DNA of 64,000 nt from the NCBI GenBank assembly GCA_040357565.1, contig JBDODJ010000056.1; one strand, given 5' to 3'. Positions 38,106 to 52,215 of the stretch are shown here, piece after piece. The first letter of the stretch is position 1; the number at the start of each line of letters is the position of its first letter. Source of the stretch: Cercozoa sp. M6MM (Eukaryota; Protista; Endomyxa: Ascetosporea). The notes beneath the pieces are model-generated. The model saw nothing but the letters and a program-made list of their open reading frames with translations, had not been told where the DNA came from and made no database searches. A program made the translations under genes and the position numbers.

Positions 38106-39610
38106 CTAACATTCGCTGTCGAGAAACGCTTGCAGTCGCCTGCGAGTTGTTTCTGTGACGAGATACTCGATGTTAGCGCTTGAGACAGAAACGATGACGC
38201 CACTCGACGTTGACTCGGAGCCAGAGCACGAATTACACAGCGCAGTGTTCGCATGGTGTAGGATGCTGTTCAAATTTTCAATGCGCATCTTCTTGACGGC
38301 CTCGCGACCGCCCGCGATCTTCCACAGTTCAGCAACCTGCGATTCAGCGAGTTCGACTGATTCTCCTTCACGAAGCTGGTCACCCTCGGTGTTTTTCAAC
38401 GACCCGAGTCGCACAGAAGCAAAACGAGTGCGGTGGAGTTCATAAACCGGCAAACCCACAGCAGCGAGTGAGCGACGGACGACTCGGTACCCTGAGCAAG
38501 TCGAAACACTGAAGGCACACAAGAAGGTTAGGCAAAAAAGAAAGCTGACTGCCAACACGTAGCGACACACGAACGGTGACCTCAGTGCGACGCTTTTCGC
38601 GCAGTTGCTGCAGAACTTTCTCGTCGCTTTCGGTTCGCTCTGCTTCCCAGTCGATGTCGTCCTACGCAAACCAAACTGGTTCAGAGACTCAACTAAACAA
38701 GAAAAGCAGCAAACCGAAATGCGGCGCCTTTTTTCGCCAGTCGGCACAACGTAGACATCGCCCAATTCTATTTTCTCGGCTGCTTGTCGCGACAGCTTTT
38801 TCTGTCGCACCATGCGATTGATAATGATGCGACGGAGTGCGTACTCAGGACAAAACTCGCGTCTGTGGACAAGTGCGGCTGCGTCGAATTTGACAGCACC
38901 GTCAGCAAGTTCGATTCCTTCGACCAAGCGCGCGCACTTTGCTTCAACGTCAGTCAACTCCTGTAAAAAAAAAAAACTCAGCCCCGAAAGAAAAACAAAA
39001 AGTTCAGTGAAATACACTTGCAGAGGCTCGACAGGTTGCTACATCTGCACAGAAAACGTATTAACAAACAGAAGTGCGAGACAGAGAGGCGAGGACTTAC
39101 AGGTTTTTGGCACGTTGCCGGGCCGAAGAAGCAATTTGTCCAACTCTCCGTCATTCAAAAAAAGCAGTAGGCCAGTTGTGTTCTTGTCGAGTCGACCGCA
39201 GTGCTTCAGATTGTCGCGACTTTGCAACTGAAAGCACGCGTTAAGCGCACTTTGTTTGGTTTCGACGCCACGTGACTTCCATCCTGCGACGACGCGAGTA
39301 GCCCGCTTCGACGCTTTGCAGACTTTGTCCACGTTTTCACAGCGCTCGACCAAGATTTCGCCCGGGAAACTGTGAAAGAAACATAAGTATTGGAGGCGGC
39401 TTTCAGACAGCAGAGGAGAGTCAGGAATCACATCCAATCGTCAAATCGAACACGCTTGCGCAGCGGAAGCTCTTTATCTACTTCGTTGCGGACAACAAAA
39501 AACGCGCGTTCGTCCAGCACCCTCCTAGCATGCGTTTGACCACAATGAAGCACGAAACTGGCCAGGAGCTCACCAACGCGAATCGGCAAATCTTCGACAC
39601 CAACAAGCAT
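38106..39610 (-). CDS. Pseudouridine synthase, RsuA/RluB/E/F family
   Basis: HCGRLDKNTTGLLLFLNDGELDKLLLRPGNVPKT with catalytic Asp; GYRVVRRSLAAVGLPVYELHRTRFASVRL. Both ends uncertain. Confidence 0.85.
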
Positions 39611-39801
39611 TTTAGATATCCTGTAGACGTAAATACGCACTAAGTTGTGTAAGCACGCACACACACACGTCGCGGCGTTATATAGGCATTTTAAAGCATC
39701 ATTGAGTGCTGAGGCAGTTGTCCTTCACTGAGCGCAACAGGTTTGCTTTTTTCACCGTAAATTATATCTTTTAAATGTGATCGATCAAGTCCGAGAATGC
39801 C

Positions 39802-41656
39802 CTAAAATGATTCCAAAACCCTCAGTGTGCACACACAAGTTTCGCGCCAGTGAAATGCGTTCTCCGAGCTGCGACCATTGCTCTGAGCACTGTTACCGAC
39901 CGTCAAAGTCCCCAAGCAATAAACTAAGTTTATCCATTGTACCGTGTGAGTCAAAGTCAAAATCGACGACGAAAACTGAACCGGAGAAGCGACTGGTGTG
40001 CTGTGCAGACCGCACATAATCTCCCACTGACTACCCCCCCCCCATACTCCAGAGTGAGGAACCTACATCGAAGTGACAGAAGATCGACGCGAGTCAGGCA
40101 AATCTGCTGGAGGAGGCACAGGTGCTGTGACGTCAATACTGAGACCACATTTGCGCGATAGGCGACTCATGCGTGACTTCAGACGGGGTGTATGTGCACC
40201 GGTGTCTCCACAGACTCTTGCACTGTCACCACTGTCACTCGAGTCGTCTTCCGCAAAAGAGTGAAATCTAATACTGCAGGCAGATAAAAGATGAATGATA
40301 CGACGTGTTTGGTGTGCCGTCTTGAGCACAGTTGCCGACCAGTCGTGGCGATCGTACCTCCATCTTGCCAGTTGCAGCAGCATGCTCTCGTGAATCACGA
40401 CGTTGCGCAGTGGCAACACTTTCTCAAACGACACGTCACTTCGCTGTTCAACCAGACTGGACCGATAAAGCAAATTTCCGCGCTTTTTGTCGTCTATGTG
40501 TACATCACTCAGTACAAATAGACCACGCCACAGTGAGACGACAGGTGGCTTACATAATATGACTTCTCCTGTCCGAAACTCCCGCGACATTCGCATTGGC
40601 GATATCACAACAACAACTATGTGTGGGACAGAGTATGAACAAAGACTATATCAATAGAGCACAAAGTGTACTGTACCGTAGGGTGTACTGTCTTCTTCAG
40701 GTCGTTCACCGTACACTGTGCGGTTAAGTACGGGAACTCGAAGGTCCAAAAGAGCAGCACATGGTACTTTGACGTCTTTAGATGCAGCGGTCGGCATCGA
40801 ACACTGCTGCAACGCTACATCGAAGAGAGTGCAACGGCTAAAACAAAACTAGACAGAAAGCACATGAGACTCACCAGACACTGTTGTGGTGATCGTGACA
40901 CGTTCCAGCCCAATGGTACTGTTCGAACTTGTGACTGCTTTTTGAAACTGCATTATCGCATCTGCGGCACTCATTGCGTTCGAGAGGACCAACGAGTGGG
41001 CGCGAATGTGCGCACGCTCGAGTTCGCTGCGTGTGTCCGGAGGATGCCAAGTCTTCTCTAGTCGCGCGGTGATGTCGTAGTCGAAACTTGCAGTGGCAGC
41101 AGCATCCTGCTGCCTGGGATGCTGGCCGCTGTGGATACTCTTGCTTCGATATCGTGGCTCGACCTCACAATTAGGCTCGGGGTCGCACGTCGGACTAAAT
41201 TGCCATGCGGATTAGTGTTCAGTCGTTGTACGTGTGGAGGTAAGGATTGTTTTACTCAGTGCCCATTCGAGAAACCCACCGTCGCGAGTACTCAGGTGGA
41301 CCGAGCAGGAGACGCGCCGAGTCAACCTCGCTTCTGGCAGATTGCACCTCAGGTGGTAGCAGTGACAGGGGCCACGCAACACACAGTGCCCCCACTGAAC
41401 TTGCAGGTGATTCCTGTGAACACACACACACGACACACACACATACACACACACAAGTAATCTCCGGTGTGAGTGCATACATTAGTAGCTACAACGTTAC
41501 CACTCCTGCCGATAGCCAGAACATCGACGGTGTGTGCAAGTGTTGCGAAGCCACCGCATTTCGTCGTTTTTGCATCGACATGTCGCGCAGGAAGCGTGAT
41601 CCACAAGAAGAGTTTCTACTTTGCCATTGCATCGGTGTATGTGTGTGTATGTGTGT

Positions 41657-41746
<90 letters not shown>

Positions 41747-41812
41747 AGGGTTACAAATACTGCTCCTCCGAAGCCGTGGGTGTAAGGATTCGCGGACTCC
41801 ATTGCCATTTGC
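39802..41812 (-). CDS. Hypothetical low-complexity multi-exon protein (tentative)
   Basis: Protein-like minus-strand segments (ORF 40063-40608) with GT-AG boundaries; no motif recognised. Confidence 0.3.
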
Positions 41813-43358
41813 GTTGATCCAGCATGTGTGCAAGCGAAGTGCGTTCTAGGAGCCAAAAACGTTGCTCAGTCAGATACCCATCAAACCATTCAGCGAACTG
41901 TAAAAAGTTAAATTTTACTTCTCAGTCTGGACGAGGCGGCGCACAGCGCTGGAAGCAAGCACAGTGCGATTAAGGCAACTTGCATTACTGCCAAAGCTTT
42001 CTCCTAATACCGTACCAGATGTCTGTCCCTGAGAGTCCCGGTTGCTGTTTAAAGCAAGCCTGCTTAAAAAGCCGAATTTTTTCTTGCGCCAAGCCATGCC
42101 AGCGAAGCGTGCCATGGGTGATCCTCAATTTTATTTGTAAGATGTCGCCTATGTCGCCGACTGAACCAGTTAGTGTGATTGAAAACGTTCGTGCTTCGCT
42201 CGCACGTGCGAGTGTGTTCGGTCTTTGGTGTCCGTCCTCAGTTTCCTTTTCGCCCGTACGAACAGGAAGTTGTTTTCAACCCTGGTCGTGGCTCTACGAT
42301 GTAGTCCTGGGCGTATCGATCCACTTAATTTGCAACCGGCACGACGTTCAACGAAGCGCATTGACTGCACTTGCCATCAAAAATGCGCTCGGAGCTGTGA
42401 TGGAGCTATCTGAGACTTGTGTCTGCATCTGATTGTTAAACCGGGTATGCCTCCTGGTGCCTAAAGGCTGTGCTACTGGTGTCTAAAGGCTGTTGACTAC
42501 TTCTGAACGACGGGGTTCTCGAACTTCGTGATCCTCAAGTCCAGAGAACTCCTGGTGCCGACGTACCGATGTGCACGCACGTCACACGTGCATGCAGATG
42601 TTCTAGGACGCAGTTTTCGGATTAAACGAAAACAGCTGCCGAAACCCTGTTGCAAAGGAAGGAAGCAGAGAAGTTCGATACTGTGAAAGCCCGAAAAATA
42701 CGCAACTGTTGCAGTTTGTCGAAACCCGCCACCGACGTTTGGAGAACGAGGTTCGCAAAAAAGCAACTGAGTTTTCTTTCCAAATTGGACAAAACTTCCG
42801 GTGGTGCGCGCACAGCTCAAGGGCTCTTGCCGCAACTACGGAATCGATTACGCCGAGAGACGGTCACCTCGTGGAGAAAACGTCGCATGCAGCTTCTAAT
42901 TGCCGGGACTTTGTGAAAGGAATGGGAACTCGATTGATTTGACGAACTGTTTTTGCGAGTCCTTGGGACCGAAATGGGCAAAACCAGGCCTCAGTGCCAG
43001 GCAACGGTCGAGCTGAAGAAGTGCAACACTCCCCTGAACCCTTCTATCACACAACGTTGACATGGCGAAGTCTCCACTCCGAGGTCGACGGTTTCGTGTA
43101 CGCGTCGGAGGTGAGGAGAAAACCATCTTTTGGTTTCTGCCGCCGGCAAGTTCCTTGAATTTGCCGGATCGGTGAACTTTTTAAGCTATCCGTTGCTATC
43201 GACAACGGCAACACGCATTAAACTTAAGATAATGGGAGATTTCGCCTTGGTCAAAATGTCCGCCCGGACACTTAATAGCGGAGTCAGGCGTAAAACTTGA
43301 AAGAACACGAGTCCGTCATTCAGTTGAATGTCGTACTGTACCTGTCCATAAGAACGAC

Positions 43359-44153
43359 TTGAAGTTTGATTCGCCCCAAGTAGCAGGCGACCTAACTACT
43401 GGCGCGAACTTGCCTGGCTGCGACCACAGATCAATTTTGTTTTCAAAGTTTGCGCCTGAAAACTCAATGCATCGGGTGCGGCGCGGCCCTGCTCTGTACA
43501 TCGCTTCAAACAGCATAGACGCAAGGATTAAACAGGAGCATGAATATAGGGCTCATCGAAAGCAGGTAAACTGTACATATAGGGATACAGTCAACGGAAT
43601 ATGCTAAAGTTGTAACTGGTAGCTTCTTCACGTCCGAGCAATGGTCGACGACAAGCTTCCTGAGTCTTTCTTGACGCTGTCGAGCCAGACGAAACGACAC
43701 AAACTTCCTTCGGTCTGGCACTCGTTGAAACCGCGGGCAAGAAATAGAAGCTTGCGCTCTCCGATTTCGAGCCGTCTTCTCCGTTCAATCCATACCGCTT
43801 CTTCACCAACTCTCATATCATCGACAGACGGCGAATTCCCTGTTATTGAAACATCACACAGCGTAAGTTCCTTCCTAAACAAGCGTCCTTTTTCTGCTCG
43901 AGAAGCACGCGAACGACCACCAAGCCACGACTTGCGGAAAAGCTCGCTTTATCACGGCATCGTTGAGCTCGGCATGGACGCCAGCGCGACGAAGGATACG
44001 GCAGGACGTCCCACAGCGATGAATGTTGTGATTCGACCCAGTGGCAGTCGACACGAGGTACCGAGGGTGATTGTCGCCGTCTCGCTTGAAAATTCAGGTT
44101 CGCTTCGCTTTGACGTTGAGCGGATGGTAGGTTGTCTGCACCCCAGTGCATAA
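43359..44153 (+). CDS. Hypothetical Ser/Arg-rich protein (partial model)
   Basis: ORFs 43359-43607 and 43641-44153 join in frame through intron gtaaac..tggtag (~43566-43622). Confidence 0.35.
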
Positions 44154-44329
44154 ATGTATGATGGACAGTGTTTTTCCGAAATGATAGTCGACTGGCGAGA
44201 AGGATAGGTTTCTCCTCAGAATGCGCGATGTCATTAGCGTCGACACCAAACTAAATTTAAATGAAACAGAGCTACGAAAACTGTGTGTTTTCACTTCTTT
44301 AGCCTCGCTTTTGGGGTGGGGGTTGGAAC

Positions 44330-44379
<50 letters not shown>

Positions 44380-45349
44380 ACAAGCAGGGCAGAGCTACTT
44401 GCAAGGTCCCTTGAGTGGCCCAATGGAGAAACAACGTGCACTCTGCATTTAAAGGTAGTAAATAATGCTATGGCAGTGCGTCTATTGCTAGCTTGCATTC
44501 ACTTCTCTGTCTGCATTACATGCGTAGCGTCAGATAGAGCTTCGCGACATTCAAATCAATAGATCTGATTCACCTTTCTGCAATCTCAGCTACTTCAAAG
44601 AGTCTTTCGCGCCGAAGGCGGGCAATATCTGGGAACTCTTGACGCGAAACGAAGAATTCGTCAATGGATACTTGGCACAACTGCTATCTGACAGTGCAAG
44701 GGCACTTGTTGATGTAGAAGCCACACTTTTAAAGTCACGTAAAACTCGAGGTGACTACTCGTGACTTTCACGCTGCCAGCGTTGCTACAACTGCACACTG
44801 ACTGTTTCGCAGTGTGACTGTTCGCACTGCGACTTCGTTGCTGTTCGCAGCGCGTTTGAAATACTAGACATGCAATCTCGAAGGGCGATGACTGCTGAAG
44901 TTGGGAAATGAAACGCCACGCCGCGAACGACTCGCAATGGCGGTGGGTGCTCCAACCAACTGACAGTTTCGACACCATGGCTACCTGAATGCCTAGAATT
45001 TGAAACAACCGAACTCAAATTCAAATACTTAGTTCAGTTGCGTTAGCTACAGTTCAGTTTTTAATGATTCGGATCGGCCCGGTCTGGTTGGGCGACTCAC
45101 GGCAGTGGCCGGGCAATTGCCCCGCGCAGACTGTGCCCAGGCCACTTCCGTTCAGTTCGCACTAGAATTAGACACTGAAGTACGACGCACCCGGTCATGC
45201 GTTCGTGAAATCGATCGATCGGCTCGTTTGCCTCAGCCCCTTAAGATGACAGAGCGCACTCAAGTACGGTACATACCGTACGGTACGCGACGTAACGGAA
45301 CTTGAAACGAACGGAAACAAAACCCGACTGATTGGCATGCGACGGCTCG

Positions 45350-45943
45350 TCACTCATCGTCGCTTTCGAGGTCCTCCAATGAAACAAAGTCGCCAAATGC
45401 CTCAATGGTCTCGGAATCCTCCTTCTTTACCGCCACTTCGCTCGTACCCGACTGCAGCTTCTGCTCGCTTGCGTCGGTCTTGTCGCGCACGGCCTCCAAC
45501 TTCTGGATACGCACGTGGGCGAGCATGCACCTCCTGTGGTGACGCAGTGCCGCCTTGTGCACCTGCTTCACCGTCGCCGACATCCACAACTGTCGGAACA
45601 TTACGCGACGTTTGGCGACAGTGCCGATACTTGCAACACTCGACGTGATCACATCGCTCTGATCCCGCGGCATGCGAATGATGCACAAGCCCGTCTCGGC
45701 GTTGTAGTACTTGACTGCACAGGAAGCACAATACGGTATCGCATATCGCACAGAATACTTCATATTCGCGGATCATGTACCATGTGTGTGTCGTTTCAGC
45801 AAACCCCATGGAAACTGCCCATACTGCCGTACGACCTGCGCTCGTACGACGTCATAAACGTGCTTGCTGGTCCTGAAAGTCGACTGAAGAGGATCCTCCC
45901 ATGAGATCTGATAGAGAACGTAGCGATTCTTGAATCGCACCAT
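45350..45943 (-). CDS. POP5: RNase P/MRP subunit POP5 (Rpp14/Pop5 family)
   Basis: N-terminus MVRFKNRY; VKYYNAETGLCIIRMPRD; SATVKQ; single intron. Confidence 0.9.
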
Positions 45944-46252
45944 CACAGAATTCTGTCACACCAGCGCACAGCACAACGCGCTAGTGCTTTCTGAGCAATA
46001 CATAAACTTCGGCTCAGCTCTCGAGCCGGAAGGAAGCCACTCTTTACTGCCCATCTTTTGCCCGATCGCCGTTGTTAGAGTGCCTGCCCTTGTCAAACGC
46101 ATCGTATACATTGATTTGCCGCACTTGGTACTAAATTTAACCTTATTTGAGCTAGCAGCATGCAGTTTGGGTGGAATCGCGGCTTTCCTCATGCAAAAAC
46201 TCTCGCAGAGCTTTCGACCTAATATATTCGTACATGTCGTATCTTCAGAATC

Positions 46253-48382
46253 ATGGTGCTTTCGAAACCGCTGCGATCGGCACTAAGCGCCAACAAGCCG
46301 CTGGTACGCATTCTGTTGAGTCTACCGATGTATTATTCACTTTTCCGTATGACCAGTTGATTTCGCTCGTGGCTCTTGGTGTGGCTGCCAAGCTGCTCAA
46401 TGAACGCGCGGATCGACAGATGCGGCAGACGCGACGTAAGGAGGCCGCGCACGCTGACTCGCTCATTCACGAAGGCGAGAGCGAGGAGAATCGCAAGCGA
46501 AAGGGACGCGTCGACAAGCGCTTCTGGAAACGCGTTCGGAAGCTGCTTCGGTACAAAGATATGTGATGTTTTAAACTGAGGTTAACACGTGTGCATCTTC
46601 ATGTGTGTACGAGCAGACTGTGCATTCGCAAGCGCGAAATCGCGTTGCTGGGAACGCTTTCGGCCATCCTCGTGTTGCGAACCTTGTCAGTTTTGTCTTT
46701 CTTCCTTCCCTTGCTTGTTTTTCTCTTTGTTATGCTGCTTTCGTCTGTTTTTTTCCAGCCTGTCGATCAAGATTTCTGACGTCAATGGCTCCATCGTCAA
46801 GTCGATCGTAGACCGCGACTTTGCTGCCTTCCTGCGCAAGCTCGGTTCGTTGGTCTATCAGTTTTTATGTTGCATCAGTTCTGATGGACCGCAGGCGTTC
46901 TGGCGACGCTGGCCGTGCCTTCCTCCACTGTGTACTGTATTCCCTTTTCGTCCTCTACTTTTGATGTGCGTGTGCGTGTGGGTGCAGTAACTCGGCACTC
47001 AAGTACCTCAACAACACGATCGCACTCAGTTTGCGCCGTCGTCTGACCGAGCACTACACGCGTACCGCGCCCACGCTTTCTGCGCTGCCTATATCTAAGT
47101 GTGTATGTGCACGTGTATGTGTCACATGTAGGTCGCTACATGGAAGGGAACGTATTCTACCAGGTGACCAATGTCGACGCACGCATCGCGAATCCCGATC
47201 AGGCTCTCACGCAAACTATTAAGGGTGTGCTTTGTCATGTTGACTACCTACCTCTGTTGTGCATGCATGTATGTGTGCGAACAGAGTGGTCAATGGCAGC
47301 AGCCACACTGTACAGCGACGTGTCCAAGCCGCTGCTGGACATTGTGCTGTTCTCGCTGCGACTGCGCGAACTCATGGGCTGGCAGGGACCCGGCGCCGTC
47401 GTGCTCTACTACATCGTTAGTGGTACACTACTCGTCTTGCGGCAAGTCGCCTCACACACACAGATAGGTGGTGTATCCATTGTGCACAGGCATGCTGCTG
47501 CGCCTGTTGTCGCCTTCATTCGGTCGTCTGCACGCTCGCACGCAGCAGGTGCCTTGTGTGCAACCCCGATAAGCAACTGTGGGGCCTGTGTACATCTCGA
47601 GTTGAGCAGCTTGAGGGTGAATTGCGTCATGCGAACCACTCGGTCATCACCTCTGCCGAACAGGTAGACACCGTTGTCCTTTTATTCCCTCTGTTCCGGT
47701 ACCGTTTGGGGGGTGCTGTAGATCGCGTTCTACGGCGGCGGCAAGTGGGAGCTCGGCCTCTTGCTACGAAAGCTGCGCAAGGTACTCCAACATAAGTCAA
47801 GAAAAATGGTGACTTGACAAGGAATATGATTGATTCCTCTGTTGCAGGTTGTCTCGCATCTGCGCTACCTTTTCGCCAAGCAATTCTGGACCGGTATCTC
47901 GGTACTGCTGTCTGTGTTCTATGTGCAATGCGTGAAATGCGTATGTGTCATTACCTCCTTGGTAGGACGGTATGCTGGTCAAGTACGGCAGCACGCTGAC
48001 AGGCTACGCTGTGCTTGGACTGCCCGTGTTCGGTCGTGGCAAGGAGCAGGTGCAGTGTCTTTCCTCTTCGTTCTTATCTTCCTGCAGTAGACTCTGTGTA
48101 TGACAGTACCTTAAGGAGGTTGGCGGTGACCAGTCGCGCATCACGCAGGATTACATTCGCAACAGTTCGCTCCTCATCAACCTGGGTATACACTACACTT
48201 TGTTGTTCCTGTCACTGTACAACTATCCTATGTATATGTGCCACAGCCAAGGCAATCGGACGCATCGTGGTCTCATACAAGCAACTGCAGCAACTGGCTG
48301 GCTACACCTCCTTGGTGTCCGACCTCGATGCCGTACTCTTGCTCTCTTCTGAAAACTGTTCTGTCTGTAGTGTGTGTGTGTA

Positions 48383-48459
<77 letters not shown>

Positions 48460-48469
48460 NNNNNNNNNN

Positions 48470-48517
<48 letters not shown>

Positions 48518-49875
48518 CCATAGACTCTGGAGGACCTGTCACAAGGCCGATACAAGCGTCAGATGGTCGACTCAACGAAATTGAAGGAGCGTGGTCTCGC
48601 TCCCGGCACTGGCACTGGTGCATACCCTTATACTCCTCTAGTCGTTTACACCCATATCCATACTCCAATACCCCGATTCTTATTCTCTAGTCATCGATGC
48701 CGAGCACATCCGCTTCAGCGACGTGCCGATTGTCACGCCAAACGGCGACATCCTAGTACCTTTTTGCCTGTTCCACTCCAGCTCAATCAAGGCACGTGTG
48801 TGTGTATGTGTGTGTGTGTATGTGTGTGTGTGTGTGTTCAACAGGTGAACGAGCTCAACTTGACGATTGAGAGGCGCGAGAACCTCTTCATTCGCGGACC
48901 CAACGGCTGTGGCAAGTCGTCGCTCTTCCGGTATAATCCCCTACACTCACACCTGGCACAAGCATGGTGTGTGTGTGTACGTACAGCACGCTGTCGCAGC
49001 TGTGGCCGCAGTTCGGTGGTGTACTGGAACGACCCACCGGCAGTAGCATCTTCTACATCCCGCAGCAGCCCGTATACCCCTTCTATAATCGAATGGACAC
49101 GCGCATGTCCTCACAGTATCTTTGCTGTTTGTGCAGTACCTGCCGCTGGGTACACTGCGCGACCAGGTGATCTACCCGGACACGGTGGCTACGATGAAGT
49201 GCTCCGACGATGAGCTGCTGCAGCTGCTCAAGATCGCCAAACTTGAGTATTTGGTAGTCTTGGACACACACGCACACCCTACCCCACGCATTCAACATGA
49301 CTGCTTGTAATTGTGAGTAGGTCCCTCGCGAGGGTGGCTGGGATGCCGTTGCATCGTGGCAGGTGCGCCTATCCCAATGTGCACACTTTTGTTGTTATCT
49401 TTTACCCAAACAGGACCGTCTGAGTGGCGGAGAGAAACAACGCATCGCAATGGCTCGTTTGGTAGTGTCTTTACCCCCCTCTGTGATTTCCCTCGATACC
49501 TCGGTCCCGTAGTTCTACCACAAGCCGCACTTTGCGATCCTGGACGAGTGCACCAGCGCCGTGTCTGTCGACGTTGAGCACAACCTGGTACGAGCCACCC
49601 TGTTTGAAATGCTTGGCAGTGCTATGTGTATGCGAGTTGCAGTACTCGACGGCGAGGGAAATGGGCATGTCGCTTATCACGATCTCGCACCGTCCGTCGC
49701 TGTGGAAGTACCACGAGCGTGTGCTCGACATGTACCGCCCTTTTAATTTAAAACCCTCGGTCTTTGCTTACTGTTGTGCCTTATTTTGTGACTACACAGG
49801 GACGGCCGTGGCGGCTGGAAAGTCTCCAAGATGGTGCTCCCCGAAGGCTACGGCAAGGACGCTTCCGTCCCGTAG
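46253..49875 (+). CDS. Peroxisomal ABC transporter subfamily D (ABCD3/PMP70-like half transporter)
   Basis: [10 protein letters not shown]; EAA-like [23 protein letters not shown]; Walker [13 protein letters not shown]; [20 protein letters not shown]; [36 protein letters not shown]; [13 protein letters not shown]. Confidence 0.96.
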
Positions 49876-50122
49876 CGCATTTTAATGCAATTGACGCGAG
49901 TGAGAGCAGGCTGTTGGATACGACTCGATAAGTATAGTAGTGCCGTCATGGTACCTTTATCAGTTACAATTGCTGCGCCATGTGGTCACGTCACGCAGCA
50001 TGACTGATCAATACAATTATGTAGTTAGTTTGTTGAGGTGTTTTTTTACGATCCGATCGATCAGCTCGTGCACACGTCGTGTTTCTGTACAGTACTTTGT
50101 AACAAGCGTAGGAGCGTGTGCA

Positions 50123-52018
50123 ATGCTTAGAGTGTACCAGACCGTCGGTCTGTGCGGGATTTGTGTTCGCGCGGTGAGTTCGACTCGATCATCCGGAGTT
50201 CAAAATGTGCAGTCTCGACATTGTATTTATACGCCCATTTAGGTCAAGGCCTTCGTCGTTGCGAGTGGCTTAGAATGTCAATTTCTTGCTGTTGACTTGC
50301 AGGTGCTTGTTGTGCTTAAATGTATCAGTGAGTTTGATCGATGTCCCATAGCGAGCTGAGAACTTGCACCCCGACTTTCTTCGCATCAACCCGAAAGGAC
50401 AAGTTCCAGTGCTGGTGGATGGGAATTTTGTGCTGTACGTTTTCTTTTGGTTTTATGCGCGAAAGTTTACCATGACACACTTTACCCCCCCCCCCCCCCC
50501 ATTTTTGCGTAGCACGGAATCAAACGCGATAATTCGCTACCTGGGGCGAAAGTTCCGAAGCCCTCTCGATCCAACAGATCCCGTAATTTTTCACGTTGTC
50601 TCGACTCATCGTCCGTTCGCGGATACGAACATAACTTTTTCTGTGTAGATCGTTGCTGCACGCGCCGATGAAGTGCACGAGTTCCTTCGGGAGAACCTCG
50701 TGCCGCCTCTGCAGGATTACATTTCTCTCACTATCTATGCGCCTGCTTTCAAGCACGTAAGCGTTGTGATGGTTGACTATACACCGGCGTGGGCGCCTGT
50801 GCATACATGTTTTGCAGGCGCTGCACATTGATGAAGTGCGCGTGGCCGCCAAGAAGGAAGACCTCAGGCAGCGCGTTTACGTACTCTAACCCCATTATAG
50901 GTATCTAACGTTCTCTTACTAGTATAATTGTGAGCAGAAATGCCTGGATCACCTAGAACAGCTCTACTTTCCCACCGGGTCCGTATTTCTATGTTTTAAT
51001 TTCGTTCTGTCGTGCACTTCATCGATGCGCTTTGTTCTGCAGAGGCAACGTGTTGGGTCCACACGCTACTTACGTTGACACGACACTGTTTGCCGCACTC
51101 GAATCGGTACCTTGTCTGCACAGCATGCGGGATGCGTACCTTCATATACCATGTGTAGTGGTTGATTCTAGACCTGCCAAGTCTCGAGTCGCATCCCAAA
51201 ATCTATAGATGGTTACAACACATGCGTCAGAATGACTCGATGAAACGCGCGCTTGCTGAGGTATCCTGTGTATCTAACTGTACAAGCACGTTTTCAAACT
51301 TTCATTTGCTGTTCAGTTCTATGGCTTTGCGGAATGTGTCCGATCGAAACTGAACTCACTGCAAAATGACGGGAACTACGATATCTGCGTACATAACCTA
51401 TTTCATGTAGTAGTTGGGCTCATCAGATCTGTGTTAAAACAGTACCGAATGCCTCCAAAAACAACACCGCCGTGTCAGAGGCAAGCTGAACGAACTCCAG
51501 TGCGACACGTGGTACGATAGGCTCTCTCACTTCATGGACACATAACTTTACGCGTGGCTAACGTATCGACAAGCTTGTAGGTTGTGCCGACGGGCAACTT
51601 GCCGCAAGTTGTGCAACAGATGACGCGAGTGCAGTTGCAGCCGATGGAATCGCATGACCAACCGCGATTGTCAATGAGCCAAGTATCTCTACCCTACGCC
51701 GACACAATATCAGCAAACTTGACAGCATTTTGAGTCCATTTTCTTTTCTTTTGCGCATAGGTGATGCACCAGCAGTTGGCTGGGACTCCCCGAACGACGC
51801 CAGACCGTGACAACATGGCTGACGGCGGCGCCGACCTTATCGTGCAACAGCAGCGGTTTAACGAAGATACCTTGTTGTCGGCGATTCCACCAACAGTGCC
51901 GCTGGACAGCGATTCTAACTTCTTCGACACGGGTGGCTTGCTGCTGGACTCCACGCCTTGGCAGGAGTTCACGCAAAACGACGCCAGCGACGGTTTCGAC
52001 TCGGACGTTGGTTCCTGA
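50123..52018 (+). CDS. Glutathione S-transferase (theta-like fold) with a probable long low-complexity C-terminal extension
   Basis: [46 protein letters not shown]; exons splice in frame on to TGA at 52016-52018 (extension less certain). Confidence 0.85.
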
Positions 52019-52215
52019 GCGTGCTACGGTGGTGTTTTAGGCAAGCGCGCAGCATCGATTCTCCCCCCGCACTGCCATGTCCTGGCGGTCGACCGACAAC
52101 GCAGGCAACCAACTGACGTGAATGTCCGGTCGAATTTACGTTAGAATTGACGCGAACAAATTATAGATAAACGAAAACTTTACGTTAGGTCATGATCAGT
52201 TTGTTCTTGATTTTC

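Noticed and set aside
37991-38254. ORF resembling a mitochondrial presequence (MRTLRCVIRALAPSQRR..)
   Set aside because: Alternative frame overlapping the pseudouridine synthase; I found no splice path linking it to the EF-hand frame without a stop.
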